Shown here piece by piece: positions 8,072-16,675 of a stretch of 28,930 bases of DNA. Below the pieces are notes generated by a model. That model ran no database searches. It worked only from the letters and a program-made list of their open reading frames with translations, and was not told where the DNA came from. This stretch comes from an uncultured Pseudomonadota bacterium (GTDB lineage Bacteria; BMS3Abin14): the NCBI GenBank assembly GCA_964454175.1, contig CAYVSA010000012.1, forward strand, positions 3,208-32,137, given 5' to 3'. Position numbers and translations under genes: made by a program. How positions within the stretch are numbered: the stretch's first letter is position 1; each line of letters starts with the position of its first letter.

Positions 8072-10473
8072 AGGAAAACCGTAACCTTGTCTTCTCAGCC
8101 TTTTTGATGGGCATGGGCGCCATCATCTTCGAGCTGGCCCTCACCAGGATCTTTTCAGTCGTAATGTGGTATCACTTTGCATCCCTTTCAATAGCCCTGG
8201 CGTTATTTGGATTTACTTTCGGGGGAGTGATCGTCTTCCTGAGGCCGTCTCTGGTCCCCGCGGAGAAGCTGACCGGACGCCTCAGTGTCTTTGCACTGGT
8301 CTTTGCCGCCGGCTCAGTTCTTCCATTCCTCTTCCTCTGGTGGGCTAATTCGAGACCTGAACTGCTCTTTCCTGTGATCAGTTTTTTTCACCAACCTTAT
8401 TTTCAGCCCTTCAGGCAGGTTCCTCCGGGTCCCGATGCTTCCATGCTGCTGATCCTTTTTCTGATCTACTCTGTTATTTCTTTGCCCTTTACGGCCGCTG
8501 GCGTTTTTTTTGCGGGACTTTTCATGAGGGCGCCCTCGAAGAAGATAGGCTTGCTATACGGTTCAGATCTTGCGGGAGCGTCCCTGGGTTGCCTTCTGCT
8601 CATTCCGGGCCTTGACCTTGCGGGAGCGCCCTCACTCCTCCTGGCGGCAAGTGCCTTGACCATCATGTCAGCGGCTGTGCTCACCGTCCGCCGATGGAGG
8701 GCACTGCCGGCTGGCCTTGCCCTGCTTCTCCTGGTGGGAGCGATCGTTAACGGCCCGGGAGACACTCTTGCGGGCATCAGGTTTGCCCGAGGCCAGTTCG
8801 AGCCGGAAATAAGCTTTTCCAGGTGGAACGCCATTTCTAGGGTCGTTGTGTACCCTTTAAATACCTGGGAGGCCAGGCAGGCGTGGGGGATAAGCAGAAG
8901 GTACACGGGCCCTATTCCGGAGAACATGGCGATGCTGGTAGATGATGCCGGGTATACACCTATCATTGCCAATCCCGCTGGGGTTGCCTCACCCGAATGG
9001 GCACCCTACCACATCATATCCATGCCCTATATTATCAGGCATGGAGCCAGTGTTGCCATCATCGGACCGGGCGGCGGCCGGGATATCCTGGCTGCGCTGG
9101 GTAACCTGGCAGCGGAGGTTACTGCGGTGGAACTGAACCCCCTCATTGTTGAGGCTGTCGAGGAGCGTTTCAGAGGTTTTTCAGGAGGACCTTATTCTCT
9201 GCCGGGAGTGCGCACGATAATAGGCGAGGGGCGTACTGAACTGGCGAAGATGCACAGGTCCTTTGACATTTTACAGACATCATCCGTGTTTGGTGAGACA
9301 TCTCCTGCGGCAGGTGCTTTCAGCCTCAGTGCGAACTTCCTTTACACAAGAGAAGCGTTTTCAGAGTACTGGGACCTGTTGTCCGATGACGGAATTCTGT
9401 CATTTTCAAGGGCGGTTTTTGGGCGCAGGGCATTGAGATTGACTGTTCTTGCGAGAGACCTTGTCCTGAACAGAGGCGCCGCCTCTCCCGAGCAGAGCAT
9501 AGCGGTTTTCCGGGAGAGGGGCCTTGCAACAGTCCTTATTTCGAGAAGGGCGTTTTCGGCAGATGAGCTCGGATCGCTTTCTGACTTTGCCGCAAGCCGG
9601 GGTTTCAGGGTCGAGGCTTTCCCGGGCGTGGAAACTGGCAGCGCCTTTGAAAAAGTTATAAGGGGCGAGGATGTCACGAGGGGCCGCTTTGACCTGTCCC
9701 CGCCCACTGACGACAGGCCGTTTTTCTATAATAACGTTCCAACTTCTCGTTTTTTAAATATTTTCTTTAAACCTACAGAGGCTGGGGAGAGGCATATAAT
9801 CATACTCAGGACCCTGGCACTGATCATGCTCGTCCTTGTGATCACCCTGATAATTGTTGGTTTTATTGCTCTGCCTGGAACCGAAAACCCCCTGTCGCCG
9901 GCCTCTGTGGCAAGATCATCAGCATATTTTATCGGTATCGGTCTGGGCTATATGCTTTTCGAACTGACGATGATGAACCGGCTGACACTTTTCCTCGGCA
10001 GTCCTGTATATTCCCTGTCAGTAGTGCTGGTGATCCTGCTTCTGACATCTGGTGCAGGCAGTATTATCAGCAGCAGATGGGATGTCAGTAGGGCAAAAAA
10101 CTGCACACTGCTTGCGGTGGCATTGATCTTGCTCTTGCTCATAGTGTGGTTCACCGCCGGTCTGCTGCGCACGGCCCTCGGTGTCGGCCTGCCGGTCCGG
10201 GTTGCCCTCACAGGCCTGTTGATAGGCCCGCCCGGTTTTATAATGGGTATGTTCATGCCGCTGGGACTTAGAGCGCTCAAAAAATCAGCTCCCGGCATCG
10301 TTCCCTGGGCATGGGCGCTTAACGGCGCGGCATCCGTGGCGGGTTCCCTCGGTACCCTTATAATCGCTATGAACTTCGGGTATTCAAGGGCCTTTGCAGT
10401 ATGTGTAGCTTCCTACATGTTGACCCTGCCGTTTCTCAGTTCTCTGTCCGGGAACGGCATGAAAAGGTCATAG
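8062..10473 (+). CDS. Polytopic membrane protein with spermidine-synthase-like class I SAM-binding domain
   Basis: ELALTRIFSV, LYGSDLAGASLG, IIGPGGGRDI, VTAVELNPLIV, LYTREAF, PTDDRPFF, WAWALNGAASVAGS. Start at 8056, 8062 or 8068 (GGAGG 8047-8051); the track's 7876 extension overlaps the previous gene. Confidence 0.85.
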   Translation: MEVKENRNLVFSAFLMGMGAIIFELALTRIFSVVMWYHFASLSIALALFGFTFGGVIVFLRPSLVPAEKLTGRLSVFALVFAAGSVLPFLFLWWANSRPELLFPVISFFHQPYFQPFRQVPPGPDASMLLILFLIYSVISLPFTAAGVFFAGLFMRAPSKKIGLLYGSDLAGASLGCLLLIPGLDLAGAPSLLLAASALTIMSAAVLTVRRWRALPAGLALLLLVGAIVNGPGDTLAGIRFARGQFEPEISFSRWNAISRVVVYPLNTWEARQAWGISRRYTGPIPENMAMLVDDAGYTPIIANPAGVASPEWAPYHIISMPYIIRHGASVAIIGPGGGRDILAALGNLAAEVTAVELNPLIVEAVEERFRGFSGGPYSLPGVRTIIGEGRTELAKMHRSFDILQTSSVFGETSPAAGAFSLSANFLYTREAFSEYWDLLSDDGILSFSRAVFGRRALRLTVLARDLVLNRGAASPEQSIAVFRERGLATVLISRRAFSADELGSLSDFAASRGFRVEAFPGVETGSAFEKVIRGEDVTRGRFDLSPPTDDRPFFYNNVPTSRFLNIFFKPTEAGERHIIILRTLALIMLVLVITLIIVGFIALPGTENPLSPASVARSSAYFIGIGLGYMLFELTMMNRLTLFLGSPVYSLSVVLVILLLTSGAGSIISSRWDVSRAKNCTLLAVALILLLLIVWFTAGLLRTALGVGLPVRVALTGLLIGPPGFIMGMFMPLGLRALKKSAPGIVPWAWALNGAASVAGSLGTLIIAMNFGYSRAFAVCVASYMLTLPFLSSLSGNGMKRS

Positions 10474-10480
10474 ACGAGCG

Positions 10481-10490
10481 AAAGGAGGTG
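10481..10490 (+). promoter_or_regulatory. Very strong Shine-Dalgarno for the small peptide
   Basis: AAAGGAGGTG, 5 nt before ATG 10496. Confidence 0.85.
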
Positions 10491-10495
10491 GCCAG

Positions 10496-10558
10496 ATGAA
10501 AAAGGTCAGATACATCAAGCCACGAGTTGTGGGCAGGTGCAGCGTACATCCGTGCTAA
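10496..10558 (+). CDS. 20-aa small peptide MKKVRYIKPRVVGRCSVHPC; candidate RiPP/cofactor precursor
   Basis: Translated by hand. Full-consensus RBS, ATG-AAA-AAG start, TAA stop, fills the intergenic gap and is followed by a perfect hairpin. Precursor role is inference. Confidence 0.85.
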   Translation: MKKVRYIKPRVVGRCSVHPC

Positions 10559-10559
10559 T

Positions 10560-10591
10560 GGGGAGGGCTGGGGTTTTCCCCAGCCCTCTTC
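10560..10591 (+). other. Strong stem-loop without U-tract directly after the peptide gene
   Basis: GAGGGCTGGGG-tttt-CCCCAGCCCTC, perfect 11 bp (10563-10588), extendable by two G-U and one G-C pair. Confidence 0.8.
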
Positions 10592-10618
10592 AGCTACCAG
10601 AAAGGTTATGGATCACTG

Positions 10619-11668
10619 ATGCGATTTTCCTTTCATATACCTCTAACCCTTCTACTTGCGCTGCTGCCCTCGATTTCGTGGGGCCGGGATATCGGCGTTG
10701 CAGGGTCGACGACCTACATGGGAGAAGCGGTGAGTGGCGTCTACATAGAAGCGTTCACCGAAAGGCCAGAGACCGGCAGTTCTCCAGCGGGCTCCACAAG
10801 CAGCTCTGAAAACGGAGAGTTCACCCTTTATCTGCCCCGCGGAAAGTATTTCATAACAGCCCGCAAGCGGCCCGGGATAGGTACTTCAGCCGGGATGCTC
10901 TACGGTACGTCCGGGGACCAGCCTGTTACCGTGGACAAGACTGTAGTGACTATTTCCCCAATATCCCTGACCGACAGGGGGAGTGTCGGGAAGGGGCCCG
11001 ATTCCGGCCCTGAGGTTACGGGAAAAGTATATTTCGAGAAACGGCCCATTTCAGGAGCGTTTATCTACCTGTATCCTGAAGGCCGCAGGCGCGGCCCGGG
11101 CTATATTTCGAGGGTTCGTTCCGGTGAAGGCGGGCGCTTCACCCTCAGATCTTCCTCCGGGACCTACAATATCACCTCGAGGTTCGGTCCGCGGAGCGAG
11201 GGCCTTGGTTCAGTGAGGGGCGGAGACCTTGTGGGGGAGTCAGCAAACAATCCAGTCAGAGTCGAGGATGGCTCTTTTGACGCGGGAGTGATCGAACTCC
11301 ATAGAGCGGATCCCGGGCTCCTGGCTTCCGATGCATGGGCATCAAGAGAATCCGGCCTTGAGGCCTCAGGAGTTGTAAAGGATGAAGACGGCCGGCCAGT
11401 GAAAGGTATTTATGCGTTTTTGTACAGGGACTACAGGATGGTGGGCAAGCCTGATGCCATATCAGCTCCAACAGGGGAGGATGGTCATTTCCTGGTAACA
11501 GCACCGGGGCCAGGAGCGTATTACCTGGGTGTCAGGAGTAATTATGGCGGCCCGGTGGAGCCGGGTGAGCTTGTGGGTGTCTACGAAAAAAGCGGCAGCA
11601 GGCAGGTAACCCTCGACCCGGGTGAGAACCCGGCATCCTACGAGATTGTCGTAAAGGAAGTCTGGTGA
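10619..11668 (+). CDS. Exported carboxypeptidase-regulatory-like repeat protein (paralog 2)
   Basis: Signal peptide; three repeats (GKYFITARK, GTYNITSR, GAYYLGVR..YGGP); ends EVW. Confidence 0.8.
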   Translation: MRFSFHIPLTLLLALLPSISWGRDIGVAGSTTYMGEAVSGVYIEAFTERPETGSSPAGSTSSSENGEFTLYLPRGKYFITARKRPGIGTSAGMLYGTSGDQPVTVDKTVVTISPISLTDRGSVGKGPDSGPEVTGKVYFEKRPISGAFIYLYPEGRRRGPGYISRVRSGEGGRFTLRSSSGTYNITSRFGPRSEGLGSVRGGDLVGESANNPVRVEDGSFDAGVIELHRADPGLLASDAWASRESGLEASGVVKDEDGRPVKGIYAFLYRDYRMVGKPDAISAPTGEDGHFLVTAPGPGAYYLGVRSNYGGPVEPGELVGVYEKSGSRQVTLDPGENPASYEIVVKEVW

Positions 11669-12732
11669 ACTGTTTAGTTCCAAGGACGATGGGGAGTTTG
11701 TTCATTGCGGCAGTACTGACCCTTGCAGGCGCCTCATGGGCCGGTGCTGAGGATTCAGGTGTCTACGGCAGGGCCGCCTGGCGAGGGGAACTGGTTGAGG
11801 GCATAGTGGTGTACGCCTACAGGGACGGCAGCAGTGATTTTCTCTCGGGCGAGGTCGCCTCATCGATCCCGACCGGGACCGATGGTACCTACCGTCTGCC
11901 CCTCCCTCCAGGTCGATACACACTCATTGCAAGGAGTCGGAACGGCTCTTCGGGTGGGAGACCGACTGCTGGAGGGTACTATTGTTACTACAGCGGCAGC
12001 CCGGTGATAATCAGGGATGGGTCGTGGGAGCCGGTAGGGTTCAACCTCGTTCAATACACTCCCGAGTCCAGATCGAAGGGTCAGAGATCGTCTCTGGAGG
12101 GGACAGTCACTTACCGCGATGACCCGTTAGAGCGCCTTTACCTGTACGTATACAGGGACTGGTCACAGGACTTCCGGGGACCTGCCATGGGGACTTATCC
12201 CGTTGGGTCAGGGGGACGGTTCAAGATAAGTTTGCCTGCCGGAAAGTATTTTATCATAGCGCGCAAGCGGATCAGGGGGGGCATGTACGGCCCCCTGGAG
12301 ATCGGGGACTATTTCAACTACTACCCATCAAATCCCGTTATCCTGGGTGAAAAGGAAAAAGTCCGAATGGAGCTCGAGACCGTTACGAGGCTCAGCCAGC
12401 TCGAGGGCGGCAAAGCAGCTCTCCAGTCGATAAAGGGTAACATTATCGGTCCAGCAGGTGAACCGGTCGAAGGTGTGCGGGTCTTTGCCTACCGTCCTGA
12501 GAAGACCTCGGGCCGGCCCCTGTATTTTTCAGCCCCAAGCGATGCCGGGGGCAGATTCTACCTGTCCATACCCGAACCCGGCGAATTCTCCCTCGTTGCC
12601 AGGGAAAAGTTCGGTGGGCCGGCGGGGAGCGGCGAATTAAGCGGCACCTACCTCGATGGTGCCCCGGTAACAGTGAATGAACCAGGGTCGCTGGCAGTTG
12701 CTGTGACGATCACAGTCGGGAGGAAGAAGTGA
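11665..12732 (+). CDS. Exported carboxypeptidase-regulatory-like repeat protein (paralog 3)
   Basis: GTGA overlap; signal peptide ASWA-GAE; PTGTDGTYRLPLPPGRY, GKYFIIARKR, REKFGGP. Confidence 0.8.
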   Translation: MNCLVPRTMGSLFIAAVLTLAGASWAGAEDSGVYGRAAWRGELVEGIVVYAYRDGSSDFLSGEVASSIPTGTDGTYRLPLPPGRYTLIARSRNGSSGGRPTAGGYYCYYSGSPVIIRDGSWEPVGFNLVQYTPESRSKGQRSSLEGTVTYRDDPLERLYLYVYRDWSQDFRGPAMGTYPVGSGGRFKISLPAGKYFIIARKRIRGGMYGPLEIGDYFNYYPSNPVILGEKEKVRMELETVTRLSQLEGGKAALQSIKGNIIGPAGEPVEGVRVFAYRPEKTSGRPLYFSAPSDAGGRFYLSIPEPGEFSLVAREKFGGPAGSGELSGTYLDGAPVTVNEPGSLAVAVTITVGRKK

Positions 12733-14147
12733 GAGCTCGATCCCTGATCTCAGCAGTTATCCTGGCAGCAATTTTCGTCATGACGGCGGGCAGTTATGCC
12801 CTGGCTGAAAGGGCAACAGTCATCCCGGCCAGGATCACAGGAACCACCCGCCTGGTAGGTGAGCTGGTTCTGGAAGGCATAGTTGTCGTTGAAAAAACCG
12901 CGGTCCTCATCATCGCTGCCGGCAGCGAAATAGCGGTCAGACCATCCGGTGCAATGACTGTTATTGGAAAGTTTGAAGTTGCAGGAAGTTCAAGTGCTCC
13001 TGTATCCATCGCGCCTTCAGAAGGGGAAAAGTGGGAGGGAATCACCTTCACTGCAGGGGCATCAGGGACTTTTTCAAACGCACGTATTTCAGGCGCAGAC
13101 TCGGCTTTGCTGCTTGTAGCTTCGGAAGTGTTAATAACGGATAGTTTTTTCAATAACAATAAAAAGGGACTTTTCCTCTCCAGGGAGTCCTCCACAAAGG
13201 TTGTTAATTCAAGGTTTGAGTCAAATGAGGTTGGTATCGCCGCCGAGATGAGATCCCGGTCCCAGATATCCATGTGCTACTTTAAGGAAAATAAGATAGG
13301 CATCGGGGTGTCTTCCGGGGCATTACCGAAGATCACGGGGAACCGCTTTGAAAACAACCAGGCTGCCATAAAGATCCACCAGCGCTATAAGGAGACAGTC
13401 ACCGGCAACATCTTCGTGAAGAACGGTGTGGGTGTTTCCCTTTATCAGAACGGACCGGACACTGTGCTGGAGAAGAATCTTTTTATCGACAGCGTCAAAT
13501 CAGCTGTTGTTGCCGAGTTTTTCTCCTCCCCGCAAATAGTAAATAACAGGATCACGGGGGGACGCTTCGGGATATATGCATCACAGTTCTCATCACCTGC
13601 CGTTGTGAGTAACTCAATTACTGGATCAAAAGGAGCTCTGCACCTGAATAAAAAGAGCATGGCAGTGATCAAACGCAATGTAATTGCCGGGTCCGAGGTG
13701 GGCGTTTTCTGTGATTTCTCATCCTACCCGATGCTGAGGAATAATTATTTTGACAACAACAAGCTGCACCTCAAGCTTGGCCGATTCCAGTCATCCCACT
13801 GGGAGAAGGAGGCTGGCTCCGGCAAGCTCACATTGGCTAACGCCTCCAGGATGAACAGCAGGAATCCAAGGCTTGCAGGAGACACCGTTATTATCCCCGA
13901 CGCTGTCGATGCCGCGTGGAACTGGTGGGATAACCGAACCGGATCCGAGATGGATGAAGCTGGGGCAGATGAAAATATCAGCAGCCTGTTTGATGGCTAT
14001 GACCTGCCGGAAGTGACCTACGAAGGATTTGGCGGCACCAGTTACAGGCTCGACAAGATCACCTACCTGCCGCGTCTGACTGAGGCTCCTGACAAGGTTG
14101 GGATCAGGGGCTGGAACGGGAATGAGGATGAATTGGAAGTACCCTGA
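12729..14147 (+). CDS. Exported right-handed parallel beta-helix protein (NosD-like)
   Basis: GTGA overlap; signal peptide; many roughly 22-aa N.F..N..GI repeats; C-terminal DAAWNWWD. Confidence 0.85.
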   Translation: MRARSLISAVILAAIFVMTAGSYALAERATVIPARITGTTRLVGELVLEGIVVVEKTAVLIIAAGSEIAVRPSGAMTVIGKFEVAGSSSAPVSIAPSEGEKWEGITFTAGASGTFSNARISGADSALLLVASEVLITDSFFNNNKKGLFLSRESSTKVVNSRFESNEVGIAAEMRSRSQISMCYFKENKIGIGVSSGALPKITGNRFENNQAAIKIHQRYKETVTGNIFVKNGVGVSLYQNGPDTVLEKNLFIDSVKSAVVAEFFSSPQIVNNRITGGRFGIYASQFSSPAVVSNSITGSKGALHLNKKSMAVIKRNVIAGSEVGVFCDFSSYPMLRNNYFDNNKLHLKLGRFQSSHWEKEAGSGKLTLANASRMNSRNPRLAGDTVIIPDAVDAAWNWWDNRTGSEMDEAGADENISSLFDGYDLPEVTYEGFGGTSYRLDKITYLPRLTEAPDKVGIRGWNGNEDELEVP

Positions 14148-15180
14148 GGTGGCGGCTCACATATTATTGCTTCTCCTTCTCATGGCTCAGGAAGGCCAGG
14201 CAGGCACTTTGAGCGGCAGAATCGTTGCCGGAAAAGAGCCGGTGAAAGGCGGAGTCGTGAACGTTTATTCAGACGCTGATATCAAGGGAAGTCCGATCGA
14301 AGTTTCAGCTCCCACAGGATCCGACGGCCTTTACACACTGACACTTGCTTCGGGCCGTTATGTGCTGACGGCTTCTGCCGGAGAGTCCTGGTCATACTGC
14401 GGTCAGAACCCGGTGACAGTGGGTAAGGGGGAGACCTGGATAGGTTTTGATCTAATGCAATGGAAGGAGCCCGATTACGAAAAAACAGGGGGCGAGCTGA
14501 GCGATGGCCAGTTGCGGGGACATGTAACATTCAGGGGTGAGTCAACTCCCGGAGTGACTATTTACCTGTACCTGGATCCGGAGGAAAACTTCCGGGGGCC
14601 GGGTTTCATCCGTTCGGTCCCTACCGGTAATGATGGCACTTTCACCCTGGATCTGGTCCCCGAAGGAAAATATTTTGTGCTCGCCCGCCGGAGAAAATCT
14701 GGGAATTTTGTTGGACCCGTAGAAAAAGGTGATCTTTATTCCTACTATCGGTATAACCCTGTAGAAGTAGCTGGCGGGTCAGCTACAGTAATCAGCATTC
14801 CACTCCAGGAAAAGAAAAAAGACAACGATATCCACAAGTTCGGTCTCATGGGTGAGGAAGCAGGGTTCACCGGTGTATTAAGGGATGGGTCAGGATCGCC
14901 GATGGATGGCCTGCACGTGTTTGCCTATAGAGAGCCGGTGATGGGGCACCACAGGCCCGCGGCAATATCGTCCACTTCAGGCAAGGATGGCAGGTATGTG
15001 ATCTTTCTACCGTCCGGGGGGAAATATTATATCGGTGCACGGAGAGGATTCGGTGATTCTCCGGGACCAGGAGAATATTTCGGCTACTACGATGGTGATC
15101 CGGAGCATTCCGTAACTTTTGACAGCGGTGAATTCAGAAACGGTGTGGACATGGCGGTGAAGAAGGTTCTCGAACCGTGA
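14128..15180 (+). CDS. Exported carboxypeptidase-regulatory-like repeat protein (paralog 4)
   Basis: Signal peptide GQA-GT; SAPTGSDGLY, FRGPG, GKYFVLARRR, GKYYIGARRGFG. Start uncertain (14122, 14128 or 14149). Confidence 0.8.
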   Translation: MNWKYPEVAAHILLLLLLMAQEGQAGTLSGRIVAGKEPVKGGVVNVYSDADIKGSPIEVSAPTGSDGLYTLTLASGRYVLTASAGESWSYCGQNPVTVGKGETWIGFDLMQWKEPDYEKTGGELSDGQLRGHVTFRGESTPGVTIYLYLDPEENFRGPGFIRSVPTGNDGTFTLDLVPEGKYFVLARRRKSGNFVGPVEKGDLYSYYRYNPVEVAGGSATVISIPLQEKKKDNDIHKFGLMGEEAGFTGVLRDGSGSPMDGLHVFAYREPVMGHHRPAAISSTSGKDGRYVIFLPSGGKYYIGARRGFGDSPGPGEYFGYYDGDPEHSVTFDSGEFRNGVDMAVKKVLEP

Positions 15181-16067
15181 GCCGGACAGATATTTTCAGT
15201 ATATTGTTGATCATCATGGCTGTTCTGCTCGTGCCGAGTCAGGCTATCCCGGCGTCGCAAGCAAGGGTCATCAAGGTGATAAGCGAAAATACCGTGTGGT
15301 CGGGTGAGGTCCTCCCTGATGGGATCGTTATAGTCAGGAAGGGTGCAGTCCTGACTATTTCTCCGGGAACTGCAGTGCGTTTCAGGAGGGTGGACTGGGA
15401 TGATGATGGTATAGGTGACGCCGAACTCAGGGTCGAGGGTGAAATTCGTATCCTTGGAACCGAAGAGGATCCGGTTCTGTTCACCTCAGCCATGGAGGCT
15501 CCCGCAGTGGCTGACTGGAAGTACCTTATGATCAACCATGCGGACGGTGCCCTGGTCCAGAATGCGGTTTTTGAGTACGCTTTCAGCGGCATCCAGGTGC
15601 ATCACACAAGGGGGACTTTCAGACAGATCGTTTCCCGCTTCAATGCAGATGGATTCAGGTTCTCGACCGCACCTGTACTTCTGGAAAAATCACTGCTGCT
15701 TTGTAACAATTACGGATTGAGGTTCGAGGAGCGGGGAGCTGGTGCTATCATCAGGGACAATGTCATATCGAAAAACAGGGTCGGCATATTTGCAGTTGTA
15801 AAGTCCAGGGGTCTTACAATATTCTCCGGCAACAACGTCGAAAAGAACAGTTCGTACAATTTTAAAATGGGGGAGGAGCAGACCGAGGATGTTCCGATGC
15901 AGGGAAACTGGTGGGGTACTGTCGATACAGACAGGATCAGGGAGTCATTCTTTGACAGCAGGATGGAACCGGCATTAGGTTCCGTGATCTTTGAACCAGG
16001 ACTCACCGAAAGGTCCCTTACAGCGGGTCCAGGCGGCAATACATTCGAAAGGTGGCAATGCCCATGA
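15177..16067 (+). CDS. Exported beta-helix protein, paralog of the N-terminal half of 6206-8071
   Basis: LTISPGTAVRF..DWDDDGIGDAELRVEG...PVLFTSA...DW aligns with LTLAPGTVVLF..DEDGDGISDTRLVVEG...PVIFTSA...DW; GNWWG near the end. Confidence 0.85.
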   Translation: MSRTDIFSILLIIMAVLLVPSQAIPASQARVIKVISENTVWSGEVLPDGIVIVRKGAVLTISPGTAVRFRRVDWDDDGIGDAELRVEGEIRILGTEEDPVLFTSAMEAPAVADWKYLMINHADGALVQNAVFEYAFSGIQVHHTRGTFRQIVSRFNADGFRFSTAPVLLEKSLLLCNNYGLRFEERGAGAIIRDNVISKNRVGIFAVVKSRGLTIFSGNNVEKNSSYNFKMGEEQTEDVPMQGNWWGTVDTDRIRESFFDSRMEPALGSVIFEPGLTERSLTAGPGGNTFERWQCP

Positions 16068-16675
16068 CCGGAAACAGGTTTTTTTCAATGATCGTGGTTC
16101 TTTCTGTGGTTTTTTTACTTATGAGTCCCGCGCTCCCAGCCCAAGCCTGTGTTGGCCGGAAACTTGTTCTTGGCGCCGTGGACGACCCGGGCAACAGTAT
16201 TGTTGCAAGGATCCTGTCTATATTGGTAAACGAGAGAACCGGTACCACTGTGGAGATAAAGTTCTTTTCCGATGAAGCAAAGCTCTATGAGATGGTCCGT
16301 AAGGACAAGGTGGACCTGTTCGTAGGTTACGTGGAAACTTTCGCAGGCCGGTTGGATGGAACGGCCGATGGTCTTAGTATGCAGGCAAAATTCAGCCTGG
16401 TTAAAAAGAGGTTCGCCGAAGAGGAGAATCTTGTGTGGCTCAAGCCTATGGGGTTCACGGGGCACTCAGCACAGGGAAATTCCCTCGGCTGGGCATCAAC
16501 TGTAGTAAGGAAGGAAACTCTGAAAAAGTTTCCAGCCCTTCCAAGGCTTATTGAAAAAATAGGAACCAGGATCGTTCTTGATGACGACCTGATGGCGTCT
16601 CTGGTTAATAAAATACCAGCCTCCAAGCCGGCCAGGGTTGCCCGTGATTTCCTTAAGGAGAAGAAGCTCATATGA
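16064..16675 (+). CDS. Short OpuAC/glycine-betaine-binding-like exported protein
   Basis: Signal peptide AQA-CVG; KVDLFVGY, NLVWLKPMGF, VVRKETLKKFPAL, PARVARDFLKEKKLI. ATGA overlap favours 16064. Confidence 0.7.
   Translation: MTGNRFFSMIVVLSVVFLLMSPALPAQACVGRKLVLGAVDDPGNSIVARILSILVNERTGTTVEIKFFSDEAKLYEMVRKDKVDLFVGYVETFAGRLDGTADGLSMQAKFSLVKKRFAEEENLVWLKPMGFTGHSAQGNSLGWASTVVRKETLKKFPALPRLIEKIGTRIVLDDDLMASLVNKIPASKPARVARDFLKEKKLI

Noticed and set aside
10496-10558. Calling the peptide a lasso precursor or PqqA
   Set aside because: No Asp/Glu for a macrolactam, no Thr at -2, no ExxxY motif, and no cyclase or pqq genes in the window. Only the leader-like motif is shared.
10608-10619. MDH-stop minicistron coupled to 10619
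   Set aside because: Three codons with the AAAGG only 2 nt from the ATG; likely chance.
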